This document shows, piece by piece, positions 8,824-18,476 of a stretch of 64,000 nt of DNA. The notes beneath the pieces are model-generated. The model made no database searches and was not told where the DNA came from. It worked only from the letters and a program-made list of their open reading frames with translations. Position numbers and translations under genes: made by a program. This DNA comes from Oscillospiraceae bacterium. GTDB lineage: Bacteria > Bacillota > Clostridia > Oscillospirales > Oscillospiraceae. Where the stretch lies: contig JAFVXA010000012.1 of NCBI GenBank assembly GCA_017501355.1, positions 3,688 to 67,687 of the forward strand. The letters are read 5' to 3'. Position 1 is the stretch's first letter. Every line of letters starts with the position of its first letter.

Positions 8824-9737
8824 ACGGTCACCTCCAGCAGCTTCAGAATCAAAGCCATGCGCATATACTTGCCGTTGAGCGCCTGACGGAAGTAAGCCGC
8901 TCTCGGATCATCGTCCACGGCAACGGAAATTTCATTGACACGGGGCAGCGGATGCAGCACACGCATCTCCTGCTTGGCGGTCTTCATCTTCTCGGGAGTC
9001 AGAACATAGCTGTCCTTCAGCCGCATATATTCCTCCTGATTTGTAAAGCGCTCACGCTGGATGCGGGTCATATACAGCACATCCAGTTCGGGCATTGCCT
9101 CCTCAAGACTCCGCACCTCCACATAGGGAACGCCTGCGGGTTCCATGATCTCATTGATCACATAGCCCGGCACACGTAGCTCCTCGGGAGAGATCAGCAC
9201 GAAACGGACACCCTCATAGCGGCTCATGGCAGCGATGAGAGAATGGACAGTTCTGCCGAACTTCAGATCGCCGCAAAGACCGATGGTCAGATGATCCAGT
9301 CTCCCGAGCTCACGGTGAATGGTCAGCAGATCCGCAAGGGTCTGGGTGGGATGGCAGTGACCGCCGTCACCCGCGTTGATGATGGGCACACCGGTTCTGC
9401 GGGTCGCAACAAGGGGCGCACCCTCCTTGGGATGGCGCATGGCGATGATATCTGCGTAGCAGCTCACCACCTCGATGGTGTCGGACACGCTCTCGCCCTT
9501 GGCGGCAGAACTGTTGCTGCCATCGGAAAAGCCGAGCACATTGCCGCCGAGCTCATACATGGCAGCTTCAAAGCTCAGTCTGGTGCGGGTAGAGGGTTCA
9601 AAAAACAGGGTCGCCAGCTTCTTACCGTGGCAGGTCTCTGCATACTTTTTCGGCTGCGCAATGATGTCCATGGCGCAGTCGATCAGCTCCTGCAGCTCCA
9701 CCACGGAGAAATCCATGATGTCAAGCAGGTGTCTCAT
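8820..9737 (-). CDS. pyrB: aspartate carbamoyltransferase catalytic subunit
   Basis: 305 aa. Motifs STRTR, HPTQ and HPLPR. Confidence 0.95.
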   Translation of the reverse strand: MRHLLDIMDFSVVELQELIDCAMDIIAQPKKYAETCHGKKLATLFFEPSTRTRLSFEAAMYELGGNVLGFSDGSNSSAAKGESVSDTIEVVSCYADIIAMRHPKEGAPLVATRRTGVPIINAGDGGHCHPTQTLADLLTIHRELGRLDHLTIGLCGDLKFGRTVHSLIAAMSRYEGVRFVLISPEELRVPGYVINEIMEPAGVPYVEVRSLEEAMPELDVLYMTRIQRERFTNQEEYMRLKDSYVLTPEKMKTAKQEMRVLHPLPRVNEISVAVDDDPRAAYFRQALNGKYMRMALILKLLEVTV

Positions 9738-10399
9738 TTGTTGCCTCCGATCCAGCTCTCATCAGAGGGGTTATTGCGGAAGGCGATCAGACGGTCAATG
9801 TCCTCAGCCTTGATATAGTTTTCCTCTGCTGCCACCTGTGCGATCACGTCAAAGTTGCTCAGGCTCACGTTCTTCACGTTGGCTGCAGCAAGACGCTCCA
9901 GGCCCTTCTTCATGCCATAGGTGAAGATACTCACCACGCCCAGCACCTCAGCGCCGGCTTCGCGCAGCACGTTCACCACTTCGATCACGCTGCCGCCGGT
10001 GGAGATCAGATCCTCCACCACGACCACCTTCTGCCCCTTTTCCAGGCGACCCTCGATCTGGTTCTGACGACCGTGATCCTTGCTGCCGCTGCGGACATAG
10101 CCCATGGGCAGACCCATGATATGACCCACGATAGCAGCGTGAGCGATGCCTGCGGTGGAAGTGCCCATCAGCACCTCCACGTCGGGATACTCGCGCTTGA
10201 TGGTCTCAGCGAGAGCATTTTCCACGTCGTTGCGGACGTTCACAGAGGTGAGAGTCAGGCGGTTATCGCAATACACGGGGCTCTTGATGCCGCTTGCCCA
10301 GGTAAAGGGCTCCTCGGGGCGGAAAAACACTGCGCGGATAGACAGCAGATCCTTTGCGATCAGTCTTTCAATATGTTCCATGTTCCGTATCTCCTTCAA
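9734..10399 (-). CDS. pyrE: orotate phosphoribosyltransferase
   Basis: 221 aa. PRPP loop [13 protein letters not shown]. Confidence 0.9.
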   Translation of the reverse strand: MKEIRNMEHIERLIAKDLLSIRAVFFRPEEPFTWASGIKSPVYCDNRLTLTSVNVRNDVENALAETIKREYPDVEVLMGTSTAGIAHAAIVGHIMGLPMGYVRSGSKDHGRQNQIEGRLEKGQKVVVVEDLISTGGSVIEVVNVLREAGAEVLGVVSIFTYGMKKGLERLAAANVKNVSLSNFDVIAQVAAEENYIKAEDIDRLIAFRNNPSDESWIGGNK

Positions 10400-10415
10400 A
10401 TCACTTTATGGTTCT

Positions 10416-11066
10416 TTAGAGGAGCAGCGCGCTCAGGGCGGCAACATCCTCTGCAATATAGTCTGCGCGGCAGGCTTCCATCTCTTCCCTGTCACCGTAG
10501 CCGTAAAGCACACCGATACAGGGCAAGCCAACCCGGTGCGCCCCCTCCACATCGTGCAGGCGGTCACCCACCATAACGGCATCGGAAAGCTCTGTGACCT
10601 TCGCCCGCTCCAATGCATCGCGGATCACATCCGCCTTGCCGTGCCCCTTGGGGGCGTGCATGGGCGCGCCGCAGATCAGGTCAAAATACGACGCAAGCCC
10701 GAAATGCTCCAGAATGCGGACGGCAAAAACCTCCGGCTTGGAGGTTGCGACCAGCAGCGTCTTTCCCGCTTTTTTCAGTGCGGCAAGCAGCTGCTCAATG
10801 CCTTCATAGACCACATTCTCTGCCCAGCCCACATCCGAAAAGCGCTCCCGGTATTTGGCGACGGCAGTGGGGGTATCCGCCTCACTGATACCGTGATATT
10901 CCGGGAAGGAAACCGCAAGAGGCGGTCCGATATAGCAAATCAAGCTGTCAAGGTCATCCACTTGAATACCGAAGTGCTGCAATGCGTATGCAACGCTCTT
11001 TGTGATGCCCTCTTTAGGATCGGTCAGTGTTCCGTCCAGATCGAAGAGAATGGTATTGTACCGCAT
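10416..11066 (-). CDS. HAD-IA family phosphatase (phosphoglycolate-phosphatase/nucleotidase-like) embedded in the pyr operon
   Basis: 216 aa. HAD motif I FDLDGTLTD and motif IV VGDRLHD. Confidence 0.8.
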   Translation of the reverse strand: MRYNTILFDLDGTLTDPKEGITKSVAYALQHFGIQVDDLDSLICYIGPPLAVSFPEYHGISEADTPTAVAKYRERFSDVGWAENVVYEGIEQLLAALKKAGKTLLVATSKPEVFAVRILEHFGLASYFDLICGAPMHAPKGHGKADVIRDALERAKVTELSDAVMVGDRLHDVEGAHRVGLPCIGVLYGYGDREEMEACRADYIAEDVAALSALLL

Positions 11067-11069
11067 GGC

Positions 11070-11768
11070 TTAACCGAGAAATTCCTTCACGCAGCGGCGG
11101 TATGCAGCCACGGGATCCTCTGCCGCAGTGATGGGACGACCCACCACGATGTAGTCAGAGCCAAGCTCGCGTGCCTTTTCGGGGGTAGTGACACGAACCT
11201 GATCGCCCACCTCGCCGCCGGCAAAGCGGACACCGGGGGTCACGGTCACAAAGTCATTGCCGCAGACCTCGTGTACCTTGCCTGCCTCAAGAGGAGAGCA
11301 GACAACACCTGCAAGACCGCTTTCAGCTGCGCACTTTGCATAGTGCAGCACCACCTCATCGAGGGGCTTTTCGATCAGCAGATCATTGGTCATACGCTCC
11401 TGACTGGTGGAGGTCAGCTGAGTCACCGCAATCAGCATGGGACGGGTGCCGTCGGGTCGGGTCAGACCCTCAAGCGCTGCTTCCATCATTGCCTTGGTGC
11501 CGCTGGCGTGGAGGTTGGTCATATCCACATCGAGACCGGACAGCACTGCCATGGACTTCTTGACGGTGTTCGGGATATCGTGGAGCTTCAGATCCAGAAA
11601 GATCTTATGACCGCGAGCTTTGATGGCGCGGACGATCTCGGGACCTTCGGCATAGTACAGCTCCATGCCGATCTTCACAAAGGGCTTCTCCTCGGTAAAC
11701 AGGTCGAGAAATGCCAGAGTTTTTTCCTTGCTGTCAAAATCCAGCGCAATGATCACATCTTTTGCCAT
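11070..11768 (-). CDS. pyrF: orotidine 5'-phosphate decarboxylase
   Basis: 232 aa. Motif [12 protein letters not shown]. Confidence 0.9.
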   Translation of the reverse strand: MAKDVIIALDFDSKEKTLAFLDLFTEEKPFVKIGMELYYAEGPEIVRAIKARGHKIFLDLKLHDIPNTVKKSMAVLSGLDVDMTNLHASGTKAMMEAALEGLTRPDGTRPMLIAVTQLTSTSQERMTNDLLIEKPLDEVVLHYAKCAAESGLAGVVCSPLEAGKVHEVCGNDFVTVTPGVRFAGGEVGDQVRVTTPEKARELGSDYIVVGRPITAAEDPVAAYRRCVKEFLG

Positions 11769-12679
11769 CAGTGTGCACCTCCGATAATATCACTCAAATT
11801 CTTGATACCGTACTTTTCCATCACGCGGGGCAGATCCTCCACGATGTTGCGGCAGGCATAGGGCTCCACCAGATTGGCAGCACCCACCTCCACCGCCGTT
11901 GCACCCGCCAGCATCAGCTCTACCACGTCCTCTGCCGTGGAAACGCCGCCAAGACCCACGATAGGGATCTTCACTGCGTCGTAGACCTGATACACCATGC
12001 GCACTGCAAGAGGCAGCAGCGCAGGACCGGACATACCGCCGGTGCGGTTTGCGATGATGGGCTTCTTTTTCTTGAGATCAATACGCATACCCATCACGGT
12101 ATTGATCAGGCTCACAGCGTCAGCACCCGCATCCTCGCAGGCTTTCGCGATGGCGACGATGTCGGTGACATTGGGAGAAAGCTTCACGATCACAGGCTTC
12201 GTGGTAACCGCCTTCACAGCCTTCGTTACCATGGCAGCCGCTGCGGGATCTGTGCCGAAGCTCATGCCGCCGCCGTGGACATTGGGGCAGGAAATGTTGA
12301 CCTCCAGCCAGCCCACCTGCTCGCAGGCGTTGAGCTTTTCCGCAACGGAAACATATTCCTCCAGAGAAAAGCCGCTGATGTTTGCCATCACGGGCTTATG
12401 GAAGCATTTTGCAAGCTTCGGCAGTTCCTCCGCGATCACCGCGTCCACGCCGGGATTCTGCAGACCCACAGCGTTCAGCAGACCGCCGCTGAACTCCGCA
12501 ATGCGGGGAGTAGGATTGCCGAAACGGGGCTCGGCAGTGGTGCCCTTGAAGGAGAAGGTGCCAAGGCAGTTGATATCGTACAGCTCCGCGAACTCATAGC
12601 CAAAGCCAAAGGTACCACTGGCAGGGATCACGGGGTTATCCAGTTCGAGACCACAGAGGGTCACTTTCGTGTTCACCAT
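11768..12679 (-). CDS. pyrD: dihydroorotate dehydrogenase (class 1B) catalytic subunit
   Basis: 303 aa. NISCPN active-site context. Paired with pyrK. Confidence 0.9.
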   Translation of the reverse strand: MVNTKVTLCGLELDNPVIPASGTFGFGYEFAELYDINCLGTFSFKGTTAEPRFGNPTPRIAEFSGGLLNAVGLQNPGVDAVIAEELPKLAKCFHKPVMANISGFSLEEYVSVAEKLNACEQVGWLEVNISCPNVHGGGMSFGTDPAAAAMVTKAVKAVTTKPVIVKLSPNVTDIVAIAKACEDAGADAVSLINTVMGMRIDLKKKKPIIANRTGGMSGPALLPLAVRMVYQVYDAVKIPIVGLGGVSTAEDVVELMLAGATAVEVGAANLVEPYACRNIVEDLPRVMEKYGIKNLSDIIGGAH

Positions 12680-13407
12680 ACGATCTCCTCCTTTACCAGC
12701 ACAGGACCATCGCGGCAGATACGCTTGTTGCCGTATTTCGTCTCACAGGTGCAGCCCATGCAAGCGCCGAAGCCGCAGCCCATACGCTCTTCAAAGCTGA
12801 AATCACCGGAAGTCTTGCAGGCGTCATAAACAGCCTTCAGCATGGGCTCAGGACCGCAGGTGTAGAGGTAGGTATAGTCCTCCACTTCCTTCATGCCGTC
12901 GGTCACAAAACCGGGAACACCGATGCTGCCGTCTGCGGTACAGACAATGGTGCGGACACCCAGCTCCTCCAGTTTCTCGGCATAGAACACGTCGCCGCCG
13001 TTGTTATAGCCCAGCACTGCGGTCACGCTCTTCCCTGCTGCGATCAGCTCCTTTGCCAGCAGATACATGGGAGCGACACCTACGCCGCCGCCCACGAGCA
13101 GGGGCTTCTCGCCGCTCTTTGAAACGTCAAAGCCATTGCCGAGACCGGTGAGAATATCCAGCTCTTTGCCGGGAGCGAAGGCAGTCATTGCCTCCGTTCC
13201 CTTTCCGAGAGCCTTGTAAAGGATAGTCACTGTACTGTCGTTGCGGTCGCAGACCGAGATCGGACGGCGCAGATAAAAACCATCCAGCTTGATGTTGATG
13301 AACTGACCGGGTGCGGTGATGGCGGAGGTGTCACCCTGCAGCACCATCTCATAGGTGGCACCGGAGACCGGTCGGTTGGAAACAATGGTAAAAATACCCT
13401 GCTGCAT
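12673..13407 (-). CDS. pyrK: dihydroorotate dehydrogenase electron-transfer subunit
   Basis: 244 aa. FAD/NAD-binding fold plus 2Fe-2S motif CGFGACMGCTC...C. Confidence 0.9.
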   Translation of the reverse strand: MQQGIFTIVSNRPVSGATYEMVLQGDTSAITAPGQFINIKLDGFYLRRPISVCDRNDSTVTILYKALGKGTEAMTAFAPGKELDILTGLGNGFDVSKSGEKPLLVGGGVGVAPMYLLAKELIAAGKSVTAVLGYNNGGDVFYAEKLEELGVRTIVCTADGSIGVPGFVTDGMKEVEDYTYLYTCGPEPMLKAVYDACKTSGDFSFEERMGCGFGACMGCTCETKYGNKRICRDGPVLVKEEIVW

Positions 13408-13423
13408 ATCCTTTCCTCCCCGC

Positions 13424-16400
13424 TTACGCGTCGATGGTGGAAACAGCCATGGTCAGCTCCTCCAGCACGTCCAGCAGCACGCGGACGGTGTCGGCGGCAG
13501 TAAAGACGGTCACATTGTTCTCCACAGCCAGACGGCGGATCTGGAAGCCGTCCTTTGCCTGATCAGCGGAGTTGATGTCGCGGGTATTGATCACGTAAGC
13601 GATGTGACCCTGACGCAGAGCGTTGGGGATATCCTCGCTGCCGTCGCTGATCTTCTTCAGCACGCGGGTACGGATGCCGTTTGCCTTGAGGAACTTGGCA
13701 GTACCCTCGGTTGCCTCGATGTTGAAGCCGAGGTTATAGAAGCGGCGGATGATGGGCAGGATCTCGTCCTTATCCTTGTCAGCAACGGTGGCAAAGACGG
13801 TACCGTAGTTCTGCACCTGCATACCGGAAGCGATCAGAGCCTTGTACAGAGCACGATACAGCTTCTTGTCATAACCGATGGCTTCACCGGTGGACTTCAT
13901 CTCGGGAGAGAGGTAGGCATCCAGACCGTGGATCTTGGAGAAGGAGAACACAGGCACCTTGACGTACCAGCGATCCTTTTCCTCGGGATAGATATCGAAG
14001 ATGCCCTGCTCCTTCAAAGACTTGCCGAGGATCACATTGGTAGCGATATCAGCAAGGCTGTAGCCGGTTGCCTTGGAGAGGAAGGGCACGGTACGGGAGG
14101 AACGGGGGTTGACCTCGATGACATAGACATCTTCCTTTTCATCCACGATGAACTGGATGTTGTACACGCCCACGATGCCGAGACCCAGACCCAGACGCTT
14201 TGCGTAGTCGAGGATGGTACCCTTCACCTTGTCGGAAATGCTGAAGGGAGGATAGACGCTGATGGAGTCGCCGGAGTGGATACCGGTGCGCTCCACCAGT
14301 TCCATGATACCGGGAACGAAGACGTTGCGACCGTCGCAGACTGCATCGACCTCCACTTCCTTGCCGTAGATATAATGGTCGACCAGAACAGGCTTGTCCG
14401 CATCGATCTCCACGGCAGTCTTGAGGTAGCGGCGCAGCTGCTCCTCATTGGCGACGAGCTGCATAGCGCGACCGCCCAGGACGAAGCTGGGACGCACCAG
14501 CACGGGATAGCCCACCTCTGCCGCAGCCTTCACGCCGTCCTCAATGTTGGTGACAGCACGACCTGCGGACTGGGGGATCTTCAGTTCTCTCAGGATCTTC
14601 TCGAAGCGGTCACGGTCCTCGGCGTTGTCGATGGCGTTGACATCGGTACCGATGATATTCATACCGCGCTCCATCAGAGGCGTTGCCAGATTGATGGCAG
14701 TCTGACCGCCGAGGGATGCAATGACATCGGTAGCCCCCTCAAACAGCAGCACGTTCATGGCATCCTCAGCGGTGAGGGGCTCGAAGTACAGCTTGTCAGC
14801 GGTGGTATAGTCGGTGGAAACCGTCTCGGGGTTGTTGTTGATGATAATTGCCTCATAACCGGCCTTGCGGATGGTCTGCACGGCATGGACGGTGGAATAG
14901 TCGAACTCCACGCCCTGACCGATACGGATGGGACCTGCGCCCAGCACCACGGTCTTCTTCTCGTCGGTGATCACAGACTGGTTCTCACCGGTGTAGCTGG
15001 AGTAGAAGTAAGGAATATAAGCGCCGGTGTGGCAGGTATCCACCATACGGTAGACGGGCATGATGCCGCGATCCACACGGTCACGCCAGACTTCCATCTC
15101 GCCCTTGCCCCAGAGCTTTGCAATGAACTTATCGGAGAAGCCCATTGCCTTGGCAGCGCGGAGGGTCTCATCATCCTGCTTTTCCTTGAGCTGTTCTTCC
15201 ATCTCCACGATCTTCTTCAGAGACTCGAGGAAATAGGAAGTGATCTTGGTGATATCGTGGAGGGTCTCCACAGTCACACCGCGGCGCAGCAGCTCGGTGA
15301 CGGCAAAGAGGTTGTCATCGCGGAACTCCTTGATGTAGTCAAACAGTTCCTCCTCGCTCATGGCATCGAACTTCACCATGTGGAAGTGGCAGACGCCGAT
15401 CTCGAGGGAACGGACTGCCTTCAGCAGGCTTTCTTCGAGGTTGCTGCCGATACCCATGACCTCGCCGGTCGCCTTCATCTGGGTACCGAGGGTGTTCTTG
15501 GCAGATGCAAACTTATCGAAGGGGAAACGGGGCACCTTTGCCACGATATAGTCGAGTCTGGGCTCAAAGGCAGCGGTGGTGTTGGCAACGGAGATCTCCT
15601 CCAGACGCATACCTACAGCGATCTTGGCAGTCACCTTGGCAATGGGATAACCGCTTGCCTTGGAAGCAAGGGCGGAGGAACGGGAGACGCGGGGGTTGAC
15701 CTCAATGAGATAGTACTCAGAGGTCTCGGGATGGAGTGCGAACTGGACATTGCAGCCGCCCTCGATCTTCAGCGCACGGATGATCTTGATGGCGCTGTCG
15801 TTGAGCATCTTGTGATCCTTCTCGCTGAGGGTCAGGATGGGAGCAACCACGTTGGAGTCACCGGTATGCACACCCACGGGGTCGATGTTTTCCATACCGC
15901 AGATGGTGATGGCATGGTCAGCGCCGTCGCGCATGACCTCGAACTCGATCTCCTTATAGCCCTTGACGCTCTTCTCAATGAGCACCTGATGCACGGGAGA
16001 GAGACGGAAGGCGTTGATGCCGACTTCCACCAGCTCTTCCTCGTTGTAAGCAAAGCCGCCGCCGGTACCGCCCAGGGTGAAGGCAGGACGCAGCACCACA
16101 GGATAGCCGATCTCGGCAGCTGCCTTCTTGGCTTCTTCCAGATCGTAGGTGATACGGGAAGGAATGACAGGCTCGCCGATCTCCTGGCAGAGCTGCTTGA
16201 ACAGCTCACGGTCCTCGGCGCGCTCGATACTCTCACTGGAGGTACCCAGCAGCTCCACACGGCACTCCTTCAGAATGCCCTTCTTCTCCAGCTGCATGGC
16301 AAGGTTCAGACCAGTCTGACCGCCGATGCCGGGGATGATGGCATCAGGACGCTCATAGCGCAGAATACGTGCCACGTATTCCAGCGTCAGAGGCTCCATA

Positions 16401-16594
16401 TAGACCTTGTCCGCAATGGTGGTGTCGGTCATGATGGTAGCGGGGTTGGAGTTCACCAGAACCACCTCATAGCCCTCTTCCTTCAGCGCAAGGCAGGCCT
16501 GGGTACCGGCATAGTCAAACTCTGCCGCCTGACCGATCACGATAGGACCGGAACCGATAATCATGATTTTCTTCAGATCTGTTCTCTTTGCCAT
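13424..16594 (-). CDS. carB: carbamoyl-phosphate synthase large subunit
   Basis: ORF 13424..16627. ATG 16594 lies 8 nt after GGAGG and gives MAKRTDLKKIMIIGSGPIVIGQAAEFDYAGTQA. Duplicated ATP-grasp halves plus an MGS-like tail. Confidence 0.95.
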   Translation of the reverse strand: MAKRTDLKKIMIIGSGPIVIGQAAEFDYAGTQACLALKEEGYEVVLVNSNPATIMTDTTIADKVYMEPLTLEYVARILRYERPDAIIPGIGGQTGLNLAMQLEKKGILKECRVELLGTSSESIERAEDRELFKQLCQEIGEPVIPSRITYDLEEAKKAAAEIGYPVVLRPAFTLGGTGGGFAYNEEELVEVGINAFRLSPVHQVLIEKSVKGYKEIEFEVMRDGADHAITICGMENIDPVGVHTGDSNVVAPILTLSEKDHKMLNDSAIKIIRALKIEGGCNVQFALHPETSEYYLIEVNPRVSRSSALASKASGYPIAKVTAKIAVGMRLEEISVANTTAAFEPRLDYIVAKVPRFPFDKFASAKNTLGTQMKATGEVMGIGSNLEESLLKAVRSLEIGVCHFHMVKFDAMSEEELFDYIKEFRDDNLFAVTELLRRGVTVETLHDITKITSYFLESLKKIVEMEEQLKEKQDDETLRAAKAMGFSDKFIAKLWGKGEMEVWRDRVDRGIMPVYRMVDTCHTGAYIPYFYSSYTGENQSVITDEKKTVVLGAGPIRIGQGVEFDYSTVHAVQTIRKAGYEAIIINNNPETVSTDYTTADKLYFEPLTAEDAMNVLLFEGATDVIASLGGQTAINLATPLMERGMNIIGTDVNAIDNAEDRDRFEKILRELKIPQSAGRAVTNIEDGVKAAAEVGYPVLVRPSFVLGGRAMQLVANEEQLRRYLKTAVEIDADKPVLVDHYIYGKEVEVDAVCDGRNVFVPGIMELVERTGIHSGDSISVYPPFSISDKVKGTILDYAKRLGLGLGIVGVYNIQFIVDEKEDVYVIEVNPRSSRTVPFLSKATGYSLADIATNVILGKSLKEQGIFDIYPEEKDRWYVKVPVFSFSKIHGLDAYLSPEMKSTGEAIGYDKKLYRALYKALIASGMQVQNYGTVFATVADKDKDEILPIIRRFYNLGFNIEATEGTAKFLKANGIRTRVLKKISDGSEDIPNALRQGHIAYVINTRDINSADQAKDGFQIRRLAVENNVTVFTAADTVRVLLDVLEELTMAVSTIDA

Positions 16595-16651
16595 GTTTCT
16601 TTCCTCCGTATATCTCAAATTTTTCAATTTACAAACATTTTCAATCGGAAA

Positions 16652-17908
16652 TTACAATTTTTCCGCAAATTCGCCGCATTTCCATGCGACTTTGCCCTGT
16701 GCCACCGTCAGCAGGCACTCACCCTGCGCCGTCCAGCCGGCAAAGGGAGTGCTGCGACCCATGGAGACAAACTGCTCAGGATCAATGACATATTCTTTTT
16801 CAAGATCAAACAGGGTGAAGTTGCCGCTGTCCAGCGCGCTTTCAATGCCGAAACGACGGCAGGGTGCGAAGTGCATCCGCTCCATCAGAGTCTCCATACT
16901 GAGAATACCCGTTTTGACGAGCTTTGCATACAGCAGCGGGAACGCAGTTTCCAGACCCACCACGCCCATGGCGCTCTTTTCCAGACCTCTCCCCTTTTCC
17001 TCCGCGCTGTGGGGAGCATGGTCGGTGGCGATCATATCAATCGTGCCGTCAATCAGACCTGCCAGCAGGGCTTCGCGGTCGGACTTGTCACGCAGAGGAG
17101 GGTTCATCTTGAAGCGTCCCTCCTCCTGCAGCATGGAGTCGTCCATCAGCAGATAGTGCGGACCCGTCTCACAGGTCACATCCAGCCCCTCTGCCTTTGC
17201 CTGCCGGATCAGCTCCACGCTCTCCTTGGTAGAAATGTGGCAGACGTGATAGCTGCATCCGGTTTCGCGCACAAGCTCCAGATCGCGCTTGATCTGTCCC
17301 CACTCAGACTCGGAGCAGATGCCGCGGTGACCGTGAGCCTTTGCGTACGCACCGTCATGGATATAGCCGCCCCGCAGCAGGGAGTTATCCTCACAGTGCG
17401 CAACGATCATCTTGCCAAGAGACTTTGCCTTCCGCATCGCCGAGCGCATCATCTCGTCGCTCTGCACACCGCGCCCGTCGTCGGAAAAGGCGACCACATA
17501 GGGTGCCATGGCTTCCATATCTGCCAGTTCTGCACCAAGCTCGCTCATGGTGATGGTGCCGTAGGGGATCACCTGCACCGAGGCTCCCTTTTCGATGGCA
17601 TCCAGTTGAACCTGCAGATGCTCCATATTGTCGGGAGCGGGGTTCAGATTGGGCATGGAGCAGACCGCGGTATACCCGCCATGTGCCGCCGCCGCAGTGC
17701 CGCTTTTGATCGTCTCTTTATGCAAAAAACCCGGTTCCCGAAGATGGACGTGCACATCAACGAAACCGGGGAGCAAATAATAGTCCTTGCAATCAAAAAC
17801 AAAAGCGGATTCATCCGCCGAAACAACAGTTCCGCCGGAAACAGAAATATTCTCACGGACGAACGCGCCGTCACGGAAAACACGAACATTTTTCAGCATG
17901 AAACCCAT
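16652..17908 (-). CDS. pyrC: dihydroorotase
   Basis: ORF extends to 17941. ATG 17908 lies 8 nt after GGAGG. Metal motifs DVHVHLREPG and DHAPH. Confidence 0.9.
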   Translation of the reverse strand: MGFMLKNVRVFRDGAFVRENISVSGGTVVSADESAFVFDCKDYYLLPGFVDVHVHLREPGFLHKETIKSGTAAAAHGGYTAVCSMPNLNPAPDNMEHLQVQLDAIEKGASVQVIPYGTITMSELGAELADMEAMAPYVVAFSDDGRGVQSDEMMRSAMRKAKSLGKMIVAHCEDNSLLRGGYIHDGAYAKAHGHRGICSESEWGQIKRDLELVRETGCSYHVCHISTKESVELIRQAKAEGLDVTCETGPHYLLMDDSMLQEEGRFKMNPPLRDKSDREALLAGLIDGTIDMIATDHAPHSAEEKGRGLEKSAMGVVGLETAFPLLYAKLVKTGILSMETLMERMHFAPCRRFGIESALDSGNFTLFDLEKEYVIDPEQFVSMGRSTPFAGWTAQGECLLTVAQGKVAWKCGEFAEKL

Positions 17909-17961
17909 GAAAATTTCCTCCTTCAGCGCAGAACTTTTCACTATCTGCTTAAACTTTTAAA

Positions 17962-17990
17962 ATGTTAGCATAACATACCCCAAAATGCAA
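17962..17990 (-). promoter_or_regulatory. candidate promoter of the pyr operon (weak -10)
   Basis: Minus strand TTGCAT (17990-17985), 17-nt spacer, TAACAT (17967-17962). Confidence 0.3.
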
Positions 17991-18190
17991 GATATTCTCC
18001 CTCGTTTTTTTGCAAAAATCGAAAGCTTGTCACTTTCCACGAAAGTCATTTTTTCGAGTCGGCAGCTTTGTATCCACTTTGACAAAACACGGGTTTTGCA
18101 TGGTTTTCCCCCCTGTTTTTTGTCATACGTTTCATCCAAATTCCCAAAAGCTTTCTGTCATTTTCACCGAAGAATAGTCACATCTTGGTA

Positions 18191-18219
18191 TTGACGCAAA
18201 AAAGCTGTTCCCATATAAT
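18191..18219 (+). promoter_or_regulatory. sigma-A-type promoter of the pur operon
   Basis: TTGACG (18191-18196), 17-nt spacer, TATAAT (18214-18219). Confidence 0.7.
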
Positions 18220-18254
18220 ATTAACTGTCATGTAATTGACATAGCTGAATAACT

Positions 18255-18325
18255 CGCACGGCTACTGGCGGAAGTGGAGACCCACAGGGGAACCGTGCGA
18301 TCTATCGCCGACCGCCTGGGCAGAC
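18255..18325 (+). promoter_or_regulatory. ZTP riboswitch aptamer (pfl motif)
   Basis: P1 pairs CGCACGG (18255-61) with CCGTGCG (18293-99). Conserved ACTGGCGG, GTGGAGACCCAC..GGGG and the near-invariant 3' CCGCCTGGGCA (18312-22). GGCGG/CCGCC can form the pseudoknot. Lies upstream of purine genes. Confidence 0.85.
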
Positions 18326-18371
18326 TGCATCTTCAAAATTGAAGAGTTCAGTCTGTCCTTTTGCGCTTTTT
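18318..18371 (+). terminator. intrinsic terminator forming the ZTP riboswitch expression platform
   Basis: GGGCAGACTG (18318-27) pairs with CAGTCTGTCC (18350-59), followed by TTTTGCGCTTTTT. The 5' arm overlaps the aptamer 3' end. Confidence 0.75.
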
Positions 18372-18476
18372 GGGGCAGGATCTCCGCGCTGCTCCGCCGC
18401 CCCTCTGCCCTGCGGCAGAGGCTGTACCAACACACTGTATTTTTGTGCCGCGCACAGCGGCAGAACGGGGGTTTTT

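Noticed and set aside
13355-17968. 1537-aa plus-strand ORF spanning the carB and pyrC region.
   Set aside because: It is in the codon-aligned antisense frame of carB and pyrC (offsets of 69 and 3297 nt are multiples of 3). Stops in that frame arise only from sense TTA/CTA/TCA codons, which these genes avoid. The translation is low-complexity (H/L/G/D/R-rich) with no recognisable motifs, whereas the minus-strand products are unmistakable CarB and PyrC.
17909-17990. PyrR-type attenuator (ARUCCAGAGAGGYU binding loop with terminator/antiterminator) upstream of the pyr operon.
   Set aside because: No such motif or terminator occurs in the roughly 50-nt predicted leader or further upstream. No pyrR gene is present in the operon.
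17957-18194. Small ORFs (60 aa minus strand, 69 aa plus strand) in the pyr/pur divergent region.
   Set aside because: They lack Shine-Dalgarno sequences, overlap the predicted promoters and have low-complexity products. The region is better explained as regulatory DNA.
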